64,000 nucleotides of DNA from contig OU015569.1 in NCBI GenBank assembly GCA_907165135.1, positions 5,518,001-5,582,000 of the forward strand, written 5' to 3'. A program made the position numbers and the translations under genes. Positions 50,685 to 63,800 of this stretch are shown piece after piece. Under the pieces are notes generated by a model. The model did no database searches. It was given only the letters and a program-made list of their open reading frames with translations, and was not told the DNA's origin. The stretch is from Oikopleura dioica. Taxonomy: Eukaryota; Animalia; Chordata. Within the stretch, counting starts at the first letter, position 1. Every line of letters starts with the position of its first letter.

Positions 50685-53600
50685 ATGAAAAAATGGACGT
50701 TCTTACTGTTTATGCGCGCAGATGCACTTTTTCAGGAAATAGTGAAGGACGATGCCGCCCGTCAATAGCAACAGTATCTATAAACAAACATTCGTTTAGC
50801 GCATTGACTCCTTCATCTATCTCAACAGACAAAACAAGAAGCATCACAAGTCTTACAGCGTGTAAGACGATCAAACAATATACTGGAGGAGTTTACTCAA
50901 AGTGCTGATTTTGAGCGTGAATGCGTCGAGGAGGATTGTAACCAAGATGAACTGTTTGAGACAGCAAAGGGCCTTAATCAACATGCGAAAATCCGTAAAT
51001 GGGAAAAATACGAAAAATGCAAAGAAATTCTGAGCAATGAATACCGAGGAGAATGAGCACGTGGAAGAATAACCAACTTCCAGAATGTATGGAAGACGAG
51101 GATCAATGTGCAGCGAATCCTTGCGATCAAGCTCATACGATTCGTTGCCAGGACTTGATAAGGGACTTTCGCTGTGAGTGCGAATATGGTTACGGAAAGA
51201 AAGATTGTGGCACACTGGTAAACTATTGCGTGAACAACCCTTGTGTTAATGGCATTGGCGGAGAAAAGGGCGACGGATGTATTCCTGAATACGAAGATTA
51301 CACATGCAATTGTCAACTTAATTGGGAAGGAAAAAACTGTGAGAAAGAGGTCAAGGATTGCAGGCGTGAAGTGCTTGAGCCTAGCGATGAGGCCTACCAG
51401 TGCGTCCACGGAGAATGCGACGATCAGCAGGAAATGTGCATATGTGCGCCAGGCTGGGTTCATTCAAATAGCGGCTTTGACGTCTGCGACCAAGACGAAG
51501 ATGAATGTGAAACTGGCTCTCACCAGTGCGAGCATCAATGCGAGAATACCATTGGCTCCTACATCTGCAAGTGTAACAAGGGATACATTAAGAGTAGCCA
51601 GAATTCGAACAAGTGCGACGATGTGGACGAATGCAGACACAACAACGGCGGTTGCGAAAAATATTGTTCGAATACAGAAGGAAGTTTTCAATGCAGTTGC
51701 CCTGACGGATTCACACTAGATATGAGGTAATATTTCGCAAATAATGAAACCATATTTGCAAAAGGATATCTACAGGTACGAACGACACTGCTATGACGAT
51801 GACGAATGTGAAGACAATAACGGAGGTTGCTCTCAAGAGTGCAAAAACACTCATGGTTCGTACTACTGCGGATGCGAAGATGGCTACTATCTCGATAATG
51901 ACCGTCATACTTGTAAAGATTTGGATGAATGTCATCCAGAAGACCTTCCTGCAGCTGCACTTTCCCAGGGTGAGAAATTCTTTTCTACTTTTTGAAGATA
52001 TTCTTAGATCTGAATCCATCCTTAAAAATGCAGCTTGACAATATGGAACCAAATGGGAAGTGCGACCAACTTTGTGTTAACGAAGATGGTGGTTATCATT
52101 GCACTTGCGAATCAGGATATCACATTCTTAACGATGGCTTCACTTGCATGGACGATGATGAGTGTCTCGACGGAACTCACGAATGCACTCAAAAATGTAT
52201 CAACACTGATGGTTCCTACGACTGCTCTTGTAAAGAAGGCTTTAAACTTGATACGGTAAGACTATCCTAAATATAATCAAAACGGTATTTATGAAGAGCG
52301 ACTGGAAAACTTGCCACGACATCGACGAATGTTTGGAAAAACAGCACGACTGTCGATCTCCTTCTGTTTGTGAGAATACAATTGGGTCCTATGAATGCCC
52401 TTGTCCCTCAGGATACACTCCTGCCATGAGCCGATATAGCAACCCACCATGTATCGATATCGATGAGTGTCAAGACACTCCCTGTGCACATGGAGGAATC
52501 TGCACCAATATTGATGGTGATTTCCTGTGTAGCTGCATAAACACGGGCTTTATCGGAAAAACTTGTGAGATCGACTTGGACGAGTGTCGCTGTATGGAGG
52601 ACCCTGATTACAAAAATGAGCATTCATCGTGCCTTGCTCTTCTTAGAGAAGGTCAAAGATGTCAGCATGAGTGTCAAAATTTCAATCCAGACTTGGACAA
52701 ACAAGGTCGCAGGAATCGGTCACGTTTATGATATTTTGAAAATTTTGAGACTCGTTTATGACCGAAAATCATAGATATGAATGCAGCTGCAACACTGGCT
52801 ATATGTTAGACAGCGACAAGCACACATGTAACAATATTAATGAGTGCGAGTGCTTCGAAGGTGGTTCGCGCTTTTATAATCAGAACCGTGAAGTTTGCGA
52901 AGAATTCATGGATCGCAAGTGTACCGAGGATTGTCGCGATACATCTGGTGATTTTCAATGCAAGTGCAAAAAGGGACACTGGCTTCAGGAGGATGGTTTC
53001 ACTTGTGCAGATGTCGATGAATGTCGCTGCATGAATGATCAGACTTACAAGGTACTCCTCGTTGATTTTTTTTCAGGATTTTTACATAATCTGGATTCGA
53101 TTTAATAATGATTTTCGAAAGGAACTCCTCAGAAAATCAGATTCGGATGCTTGCAGCAATCTCATCAAATGTCACCATAAATGCAACAATCTGGAGGAAA
53201 CTTATGAATGCAGCTGTCGAGATGGATACCTCCTCTCACCGGATGGACACAGTTGTGAAGACATAGATGAGTGCGAGCTCGGAACTCATAACTGTGGCGA
53301 CGGAGCAATTTGTGAAAATACCAGGAACTAGTTAAACCAGTGAATTTATCATAGAATAAAAGACAAGAAATTTGATATTTAACTCAATGAAAGCGGTAGT
53401 TTTGAATGTGTTTGTCCGAGAAACTACGCTCTCGATCTGGACAGAAACTGCAAAGACGAAGACGAGTGCAAACATTCCTCATGTGATCTTAAAACATCTT
53501 ATTGCAACAATCTTCCTGGCAGCTTTAACTGCGTCTGTCGCGAAGGTTATGAGGAGGACAAGACGACAAACCAGTGCAAGGAAAGATTGCTCAACTTTCG

Positions 53601-55157
53601 ATCATCCATAATCCTTTATTACAGGACATTGATGAGTGTTCTACAGGATCTCATACGTGTGACGAAGGATTTGTCTGCCAGAACACAGTCCCTAAATATG
53701 AATGTGTCAGGCCAAACGTCCCAACAGTTTGCCATGAACCGATCGAGCCTATGGCAGAGTCATACCAAACCGGACGGAAATTCAATGGCGAGAACTCGCA
53801 AGTCATTGATCTTAAAATCGTTGGTGAGGACAAGCATTTCGAATTCGCAGTGAACTTTCGAACACGCGATGAAAGTGGTGTGTTGATGGAAATGAGCTCA
53901 AGAAAATCAAAGAAAAATAAGGGTCAGCTGATAAGGGTAAAATTGGCCGATGGTATGGTCACGACGGTTCTTTCTGAAGGAAGCGAGATCAAAGGTGAAT
54001 TTATTGAAAAAATATATCTTATGATAAAGTTAGGTTCACAAAACGTTACAAATAGCTATTCAAATGGCTATTTTTCGACTTTAACTTTCCGTCGGGACTT
54101 CGGAGCTACGAAAGCATTGAAAATCTCCATCGACGGGAATATAATCTTCTCCCAAGATGGCTTTGACCAAGGAACATTTGGAACAAATATGCGTCGAGTA
54201 AGCTGCTTTAGCTTTTTTAATCTAAATTTGTTCAAGCTTGAACTTGGTGGAAGCAAAGACCAGCCTCTGATTGACCCATCAAACTCGCTCGATGCTTGTT
54301 TCCAGAAACAGTCAACTACATTTTTCAATAAATACGAAATTCCTTCTGAAGTAGAGGTGAGCTCCTCTGAACAATGCTTCGCTGAAATAGTGGATGGCGA
54401 TGGCATCTACGCCGAGGGAAATGGCTATGCTACATTCGATATTTCAAAGGACAGACTTTAAATTGGCACATCAAAAATAATCTACAGCGATAATAAATTG
54501 TCAGTCTCGAAAAGCTTGAAAATCTTCACCGCAAAGACAGTCATTTTAGCTTTGGATTTTATGCGATCATAGAGTCCAATACAGGTTTTGACGTGCGATA
54601 ATGCTATTTTTTAATGTTTTTTAAGGTACGATTTTTAAATTCGGTCCGCTGGAGCTGTCTGTGAAGTTTGGAAAATTATTTCTCACTTTGACCAAGCGGG
54701 GTCGATCAAAGACCGTCGACCTCGCTGACTGGGTTGTCCGGGATAAAAAGAAGAACCCCATGCATGCAAGACAACTGCATTTCTGCGACGGAGCAAAGCA
54801 TATAATAAAGGCGAAGCTAATTCAAGAGCCCAACGCAAATACCAATAAGGCAATTGTAAGTAAAATAGGCTTTGAATAACTAAATACGCTGCTACGTAGA
54901 TAGTGATTGGTACGCAAATGTTCAAGATGTCGGAACTCTTTGGAGATACAAGTCCGGACGCATTTGTAGATGAAATCACTCTTGGAGGAGAGAAGAACAC
55001 AAACAAAGGCATACGCGGGATGTTCATGCCTTACCCGAGCAATGGACGACCCTGCCACTCACGGCGCATAATGAAGACTACGTGTGACTTCACACGACAT
55101 GTAAAAGATTATGTTAACTTCCGACTGTTCTCGGCACCCGCCAGATTATTGCCATGA
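50685..55157 (+). CDS. Gla-domain / ~15 EGF / 2 LamG secreted protein (Protein S/Gas6-like)
   Basis: Propeptide [13 protein letters not shown], Gla domain [25 protein letters not shown], Gas6-like EGF1 [18 protein letters not shown], many DxDEC calcium-binding EGFs, Lam[15 protein letters not shown] and [13 protein letters not shown]. Confidence 0.88.
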
Positions 55158-56098
55158 ATGCATTATTGCCATGAATGCTTCTGTAAAGATTAAAAGAGAA
55201 ACAATTTTTAAAAGCGGGTTCCATCACTTGAAAGAGATTTCCATAAGAGTATGCGCAGGTCTTTTACTATCCACTTTGCTAAATTAGCGGCGATTAGTCT
55301 TTTCAGAAAATTCAGCTCTTTCCTGCGCTCTGATTAAAGTTTAACTTGTGCTCATAAACGGGACATAAGTGCGGTATAAAATTATTTTCGCCAGATGAAG
55401 CGTCCTTGTAACATTCTGGCTGCTTGAGAATAAGAGAGAGAGAGGGAGAGTAAAGAAGTTTTGTCTATATAGAACTCGAGAATTAAGGTAATAGTATCAC
55501 AGTAATACGAGAAGATAGTCAAAGATTTTTGTCCAAAGTCGATAAATGTGATGTTCATTATTAGTTTATGCTTCTTGCATTAATGATTTATTTATTTAAT
55601 AAAAAATGAACTAAACGTGATAAAATTAAGGTGAAAAGATATTTGTTTATTGTTCTTTTTATAATTACTATATCACGATCTATTAAACTAAAAGACAACC
55701 TCGCGCGAGTGTATTCTTTTAAAGATAGTACTTTTTCGCTTGGCGCGAATTATTCTCCCGGTATGTCCCTAAAGCGGTGGGAAGTGTCGGCTGAGGGCGA
55801 CGGAGCGCAACCTCTCTCGCCCGGGGCATAGAAACTATGGCGCCCATAGGCAGTGAGTTCTATTTTTTCTTCAGAAAACGCAAGAGACACTAACCGTCAA
55901 TGTAAAAATAATGACGACAGCGACTTTATTGATGATCAGTAGCGACTTCAAATGAATTTACTCGTTCTGTGACCCAAGGCAGGTTCTCACAACAAGGAAA
56001 TCTTGAAATAAAAAAAAAAGTTGAACCTTTCTCAGAATCCCGGTTTACCCCGGGCGACGTGAATCTACCTCAACGAGAAATCGCGACCCTAACCAGAG

Positions 56099-56880
56099 AT
56101 GACTCCAATTCGAGTGGGAAATTCCACTGAAACTGGTCTCCTCGATGAATTTGATAAGACTTCCAGTAAAGTGTCTCCTCTGATGCAAAGTATCATTATT
56201 TTTATCTGGTTAGGCTTACGGTTTGTTATGATTTATTAACGCCTTATCAGTATGCTTGGCTTCTTCATGATTTTGTGGCTTATTGATCGCCTTTTCTGGA
56301 AACACACTAAAGTAAGTTCAGTCGACCTCGGTTGACCCTGTATTTCTAACCCATGAAGTAAGAGTTCGCGTGCATTTTGTATGGAGACTACGTCCTTAAT
56401 TTGAAATTCTAACGCGGGTAGTATTCTAAATTAAACAGAGAAAACATCGCGCTTGGATGCATAAAAAGCGCCATAAACGGCGTATAAATTGAGTCTTTTC
56501 AATTTTCAGGTGCTAGGGGCCAAAGAAGATCAGTCCGATTTCGACTTCGTGAACAAATACTCGATGGCGATGGGGCCACGCATAAATGTTGGAAAACTTC
56601 GCACACTTGCTACGGCCAGTTCAAATGTGCGTCTATTCGAAATCTCCGACACTGATATGGCGAAGGGGCTAGAGTCTATGCAACGTAGCCATTCGATGCT
56701 CATGCACAGGAGAGACCAAAATATGAAGCTCCTAGAAAGGATATATTTTATTTGAAACATAAAAGTATAAGTCTTATAAAGGCGACAATCAACTGCATTT
56801 TTCAAACGACGTGATTCTACCTCTAGTAATAACAGGTACCGTAATGGGGACTGGATCTAATTCAATGCCAAGATCCAGCA
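56099..56880 (+). CDS. unknown small single-pass membrane protein (3' end uncertain)
   Basis: Spliced MTPIRVGNSTE..SIIIFICMLGFFMILWLIDRLFWKHTK-VLGAKEDQSDFDFVNKYSMAMGPRIN..; N-terminal NST sequon and one TM segment. Confidence 0.45.
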
Positions 56881-58689
56881 TCTAATGTTAGATGACAAAG
56901 CCGAAGCATTTAGCACGAGCGATAAATTCAAAAATCAATAATGTCGGCGACAAAATCGTCGAGAAGAATTAATTTTTGATTTTCACTCCGCTGAGCGATG
57001 GGCGCTCATCCTTTCACTCCCTTGACTAACCCGGAATCACTTTCAGTAACAAAAGTCACTCATCACTATCCGCCGAAAAGAAAACTAGATTTAACTTCAA
57101 AGTAAGAAATGTGGTTGTCAATTGTTGATTGGAGTTGAATATTTAAACGATAATCTAAAATCACGTTAGGCTTCCCGCTACATGTGGAAATCAATGAGGA
57201 CAAGCGACAACTCGCTGCTTGGGGAGCCCGATCAAGTTCTTCCAATAAGCAGGTACTTTTCAATTGGGTACTTATTGCATAAACCTTCCATTCGAGTTTA
57301 TTATATGCATGTCCCCAGAGTGCGTAGGTCCGTGGACAAGCTGTCGCGCCGATCCGCGATCAGTTCTCCGAGGTGCGCGCCCCAGTTTCCCACGCCCATC
57401 GTTGCTCATCACAAGATCCTTCTTTAGCGAACTCTTTATTCCTAGGGACAGCAGCATCGCCAGATCAACCTACTCTACGCGCAGAGCCAGTATCTGTATC
57501 GAGGTGAGTCCAAATATAAATCACCATCTCATAAAAAGAGATCACTCAATCATCTTCCTTCATCACTCACAAAGATCTTTCTCCATCTATTTAAAATAGA
57601 CTATTTTCAATTTTAATTTGCATCTCAATTTATGAGGACATCAGGAAGTTCTAGGAAATATTTAAATTGTTTAAATTTTGAGAGATATAGTCTAAATAAT
57701 ACTGTATTTTCAGAGCCTAGCATGTAAGTAAAACTAAATTTTTAGCCTGGTGAATCAAGCATTGCCGAAGTATGATGACAACAAAGAAACGCGTCAGTCT
57801 AGATGCGAGAAGAATAGCTAGAGGTGAGCTAAATTTAGAAATATAGTTTATTTTAAGATTACCTCATGGAGGATTAGGCTAGCCATTTTCCCAGGGAGAG
57901 TGCATGTTTTCACGTCAGTTGCTAGTTCCCTTGAGCCGAGGCTGTTCGACTTCAAGCTGCGTTGTCACGGCGAAGGGTGTCGAGCAGCTGTTGGAGAGGT
58001 CTTTTTCAGCCGCATCAACACGGAGCTCGCACACCAGCTTCATCAACTTCACATCCCAGAGTAGAGATTATTGGAAAACCATAAAAAAGCTATGGTGAGT
58101 GTTGGTTATGATAATTTATGACGTCTAGCACTGTAGTATTTTGCTTTTTTTATATTTTTTGTCGTACATCTTAGATTAAATATCTTTTAAGACTGATTAT
58201 AAAACTGTTGACTTCAGTTTAATGCATTCAAAATATGAGTCAAAAATAAAAATAAGTCAATCAAATATAGACTCAGGGTTAGGGTTGCGTATAAGCGCTT
58301 AAAATTCATCAAAAATTACACTGACATCTACTGTCTATATCGAAAATTTGGGGACAAATCGCCCGCCTATTCCTATCACTAGACCATCAAAATTAGCAGA
58401 TAAATTTTCATAAGATGATTGTCACCCTTATTCGAGATGTAATACATTTCGAGTGTTACAAAAAGGGAGGGCTGTGTCCCGTTTAGCGTTTCATGAATAA
58501 AGGAGAACTTTTGGCCACAAAGTTGTTCGAATGTGCCATTTGAATAATTCACTAGCTGGCGGAACGAGTAATCTACTGGTGGTGTCCATTTTCAATTGCT
58601 ACAAAATAACACCGTCTACCCGATTCTGCATTTTCTTAGCGTAGATTCTCATCTATTTTTGCTAGGGTGAACGACGTGGATCTATCAAA

Positions 58690-59638
58690 ATGATGACCGC
58701 CGAGGAGGCTCGAAGCGCGCTCACTCCTCAACAGGTTGACGGTAAGTTTCATTCCCCTTTACATCGAAATCACCGGTCTTTAAGACTTCCAGTCGGCATT
58801 TAACATCTTCGACTCCGATGGAGGAGGAGAAATCTCCACCCGGGAATTGCTCAAGGTTTTCAAGATGCTTGGCTTTACTCCAACCAAAGATGAACTTGAC
58901 GAAATCATCGAAGTCGTTGACCAGGACGGCTCTGGCGAGATCGACTTTGACGAGTTTCTCATCATGATGGTTATGCAGCTCAAGGAAGAATCCAAATCTC
59001 AGGACGAGACAGTTCTCAAGGACGCTTTCCGAATTCTTGACAGGTGTGGAATCTTATGTGAAGACTAAGAAAATGAAAACAATGAGAAACACTCCCTCCT
59101 TACCTCGATAAAATAGACTACTAATTGTTCATTCTAGTGACAAAGACTCCTACTTGTCTGTCGCCGAACTCGGAGTAGCTCTTGCTGGCGCAGCATCTGT
59201 AAGTTAACAAGATACTGTGGATCATTCTTGGGACGGCCTGTTAAATAGTACCTCATATTTTCTAACCATATCATTTTTCTATAAGTTCAAAGTTGTAAAC
59301 GCGAAATGTACCTACGTGATCTGATATCCACACTTGGATTCAGAGGAGTTATCACTTTCTAGGTGCCACACCTTCTCAAATTGTACTCCTCTATAAAAAT
59401 ACTATAATTGACAATATAGAATAACTATATATAACAACGATGATTGATGTGAGATTGTAGGAGGAAGAAATCAAGGAGCTCTTCGATGATGCCAATAAGA
59501 AGGGAGACGGCAAACTTGACATGGATGGTGAGTTTATAAAAACAAATGCTTGGTTTCACAAATATCTTCTGTTTAAATAAGTGTTTATACTTGTTTTATT
59601 CAGAGTTCCTCGCTGCCCTCCAAGCTAACGGCCATTAA
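58690..59638 (+). CDS. TNNC: troponin C-like EF-hand protein
   Basis: EARSALT..DFQSAFNIFDSDGGGEISTREL..MLGFTPTKDELDEIIEVVDQDGSGEIDFDEFLIMMVMQLKEESK closely parallels skeletal troponin C; five exons. Confidence 0.8.
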
Positions 59639-60875
59639 TTCGATTCTCGCTGGGCGAGTGGTCCTGGGCCCACGACCACACGCTGATGGCAAACCACTTA
59701 CAACAACACAACATCGTTTCTGGCCAGAGACAGGTGTATCTTCCCCTGTTCTGTATTATCCTATTCCCCCTTATTATTCAAATCTGTTTTGTACTGATTG
59801 ACTACTAAAAAACTCTGTAAAGAATCTCGTTTTCTCGAACTTTTCTCAAAAAGAAAAAAATGCAGGAGCAAGCTGCAAAATTAATAAGACTCTGTATAAC
59901 ATGCAGCCTAATTATTCAATCACTGGACCAGCAAATACAAATTCGATCAGAAAAGAAGAATGTTCCACGATTATTCTTTAACTATCAGAATTATCCCTCC
60001 TGTCATATCAAAATAAATGCCATGCCCTGCAAGAATACATGAAGAAAAGGCTTCTCAAGGAAATCAGTTTTCATTAAGAAGTATGTTTAAAACTCGAAAT
60101 ATCTTTTTAATTAATTGAAACATGTGCAGCAGAAAGGTCGTATTTTGTCAGCAGAGAAGAAATAAAAATGCAGTGGGATAATTCCACAATACTTACAGAG
60201 GTTTGTTTTGCAGGTACCATAAAGTAGATAGATGTTAAAAAATAGGTAAATTGTTAGATTGATACAGTAACTTTGAGCGGGTCAGATTTTCAGCGAAGTC
60301 TTGATAAGAAAATTATTCAGTTGAGTTATAGCTCCACTTTTTTCAATAGGATGCCGGAACGAAAAAGATTTTTAGAGTAGAATAAATGAATGCGTAGAGA
60401 TGGAAATTAACTGCGACTTGACAATACAGTGAAAATTTCAACCACTTGAAGTTGATTTTTTTGTTGAAGAAAGAGATTTGTTTCCAAGACTTTGGCAAAT
60501 GCTCGTGCACGAGGCAGAGCCGATCAGCTGAAATAAATGTCAGACCATGTAGCACTCGGACGCGACATGAAAATAAAACATTGTTAATACAATCAGTTTA
60601 GTGCTGACCAAAAAGACGCGAATAATCAAAGGATGAACGGTCTCTGATTTAAAAATAAATAGCAAATAGATTGAACTTGAGCATGCCAATAATTGAAATT
60701 GATAAGTCTATTGATTATGCAGACTCAATAGTTTCCTATATTGTGAATGGGAAAGGAAGGCTTTTGTAGAATTCTAAGCGCCAATCGCGGCGAATTATTA
60801 ATTGATTGGATGCAAATTTAATCAAGCGACTTTTGATTGAAAAGTTCTTTACCGGTAGCGAAGTGGTCCTGTCGG

Positions 60876-63800
60876 TCATCGCCGACTTTGTCCTCTGCGA
60901 AAAAAAAGTTAAAATATCTATTGCAGCAGACATTTATACTTTAAAGTTTAAACGTCGTTAATGCAGTTATAACATACTTACGAGGTAGTTCTACTTTTAC
61001 TTACTGGCTGTAGGAGTTGAGAGGCAGATCCGGGCTCCGATTTGAGTTCGGACTTGCACCGTACTGTCGATCCCGATTTTGATGGCGGCCGGACATCCTC
61101 CTTAGCGTCATCGTTCCTAGAAAGACTGATCAATACATATCCAAGTAATCGGATAGCCTTGATAAACAGTTTATCTGTTTTATGAAGGTATCGAAAATTT
61201 TGGAGGAACGAAAATGTGATTAGAGCACTCTCAGACCACAACGATTACTTCTCAAAATCTTTTGTCTTATTTTAGAAGTTAACGTGACGAATATATGTTT
61301 TACGGCTTTCTGGTCTTGGCAGAGAAGCTCTTCATCGTCGAAATGAGTGGGAGAGCTGAATTTCGAGAGACCGGCGAGGGCATTCGCCGGGGTTCACTTA
61401 CGGGCTCTCTGGTGACACTCACTCGTGGACTTGCCGCCCGAGGAGACAAACTTTTCAAGGTTCTTCATTTTTGCAAGCCAGATATAAGATAGATGTTTAT
61501 AAAAAAGAGCATCTCAATCTTGTCTTTTAAAATTGAAGATCCCAATTAGCCAATGCCAGTAACTTGTGGCATTGGAGACAATATCATCTCTATTGCTCTT
61601 CTGGGACGGAGGAAAAGCCCTCCTCCCAGCGATATTTTGAGTTTGCCGAGTAATGGCATCAACCCTTTTTAAAATAAATTGAAATAAAAGTGTGATTTGC
61701 ACCTGGGAAGTCGCGATGACGACGCATCTTCGGGTTATTCGTAGGTGTGTGGATAGAGCAGCATTTGATGAAGGCCCCAGCTAACATCACCAGCGCAATA
61801 GACATGGCAACGACGGCCCACCAATATTCCTTAAAGGCAGCACTTAAAAGACCAAGTAGCTGATCAAGAGCCTACCACGATCCAGTCGCGGATATTATTA
61901 TAGAGTTTCATATTGAAGAAGATATTCCGAAGCCGAGCAAGAGGGCCGTCTGCATCGACCTAGAGATAAAAATTACAAAACTATTAAGAAACGTGATTTG
62001 CAACCTTTCTGCATTTCGAAAATACATCACAGTAGCCTTTAAAGTCATCACATGCAGAACCGGGTTTTCTGTAAATCGTCCTGTTGTTAAAATACTTGGT
62101 AAGCTCTCCAGTTGACATACAAGTATTTGGTTGGCCTTGTAACTGAAAATCTTAGTGAGAAACCGACAGATTTCGTGGCGATACCTGACAACAGACATGG
62201 CAATGCTTCTTTTTCTCGGCCTCTGTAGCGTCAACTTCCGGCACTGGACAGTTGCAAGACTCAAGGATCCCTGGAAATTTGTCACATGCACTTCCAGAAC
62301 AAAACCCATCAATACAAGTCATCGTTTCTTTCTGGCACCACTCTATAAATGAAATTATAACTTCTAATTCTTTTAGAACAACTGTTCTCAATAGATTATG
62401 TATGAAAGAATGACACTTACTGTAGTTCTCTTTTGGCTTTGGTGTCGGGCATTCAGCCTTCTTGCCAGAGCACATGGTCGGCTCAGTACAGTCTTGTTCT
62501 TTGGCGCAGAGAACATTTGTTCCATGATGTCTACACGTGTTTCCATCGCAGCATGGACCTTGTGAGATGGAGCACTGCGCTCCACGCTTCAACTTGCATC
62601 TTTTGTTTGGAATGTCGAAATCTGCCGGGTAGCAGCAGTTATCCTTGAGTCGCTTGCATTCTTCTTCGAATCCACAGTCACACTCTTCCTCCTTGTCAAC
62701 AATTTGGTTGCCGCAAATAGGTGCATCGGATGTAACAAAACAACTTCGCTTTTTGCTCAGCACTCGCGTAATGTTTCGGATCGAGCATTCCGAGAATTTA
62801 TCATTATTTGCTTTGTCGCCGGAGGTGGCACGGGAGAACATGATATAATTTCCATCCCTTTTGATGGACTGATCCATCGAGTCGCCTGGTGTGCAGAGAA
62901 TACCTCCATCATGAGGAGAGCCAAAATTATGACCCACTGAAAAAATGAATATTGAGTCATTGCCGTTTAATCTTACCTTCGTGAGCGAAAGTGATATGGG
63001 AGACCTTGGTGGGGACAATTGAGCCATAGTTCTCGATTGTGATGATGCCTGTGTTCAAGCTCTTCGTATTCCCATCGTTGTATCGTTTGTTCTTCTCACA
63101 AATTCCGCCAGAACTACCTTCCGGCTGAGCAACCCAAGCAAGTCCAAGAACACCAGAGTTAAAATCGCGCTTTGTAAATACATAAGACAAGCAGTAATCG
63201 TCATAATCGTCGAGCGAAGCGTACTCAAGAAACTTTTCCACACCAATATTGCGCGATCTAAAGTTGTCTCCTTCGCCAGTAGTGTCATCGATTTTGATTC
63301 GCTTTACTTGGAAGCGAGGTCGGATGTACACCTTCTTTCCCTTGGCGCCATCGACAATAAACTGGTGTTTGATGTAGATTTTGTTTATTGCCTTCAAATG
63401 CGAAGAGATAAAAGAGAGAATCTCCTCCCGATCCACAGGACAGCTTGGTGAGCGTTTTCCATCTGAAAATTACATAAGAATCTAATGATTAAATAGTGCG
63501 GTACCTGGACATCTTTTGTACTCATTGGAGAACATGTGATCTACTTGAATACGCATGATACAAGTGTTTCGCTGATCCTCTTCGTACGTTTGATCAGATT
63601 CACGGCGCACTCTCGATCCGTCATCAGGCTCAGTGTGGTGATATGCACCCATTGGCGCATTAAAATCAGCAGGAGAATGTTTCATCTCTTTGCAGTGACC
63701 GAAATCTTTCGGAAGTTCAATTTCATTTTCATGATAAATAACAGAGTGAGTGGTCCCAGCTTCTCCCCGTCGCTCGACGTAAAACGTTCCCCAAAGCGGA

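Noticed and set aside
57000-58100. Gene between the orphan membrane protein and troponin C
   Set aside because: GC-richer patches with open frames on both strands, but strand and frame could not be decided.
61124-61701. Alternative cytoplasmic-tail exons in the ADAM10 intron
   Set aside because: Open Ser/Pro/Arg-rich frames exist, but no acceptor in the required phase joins them convincingly.
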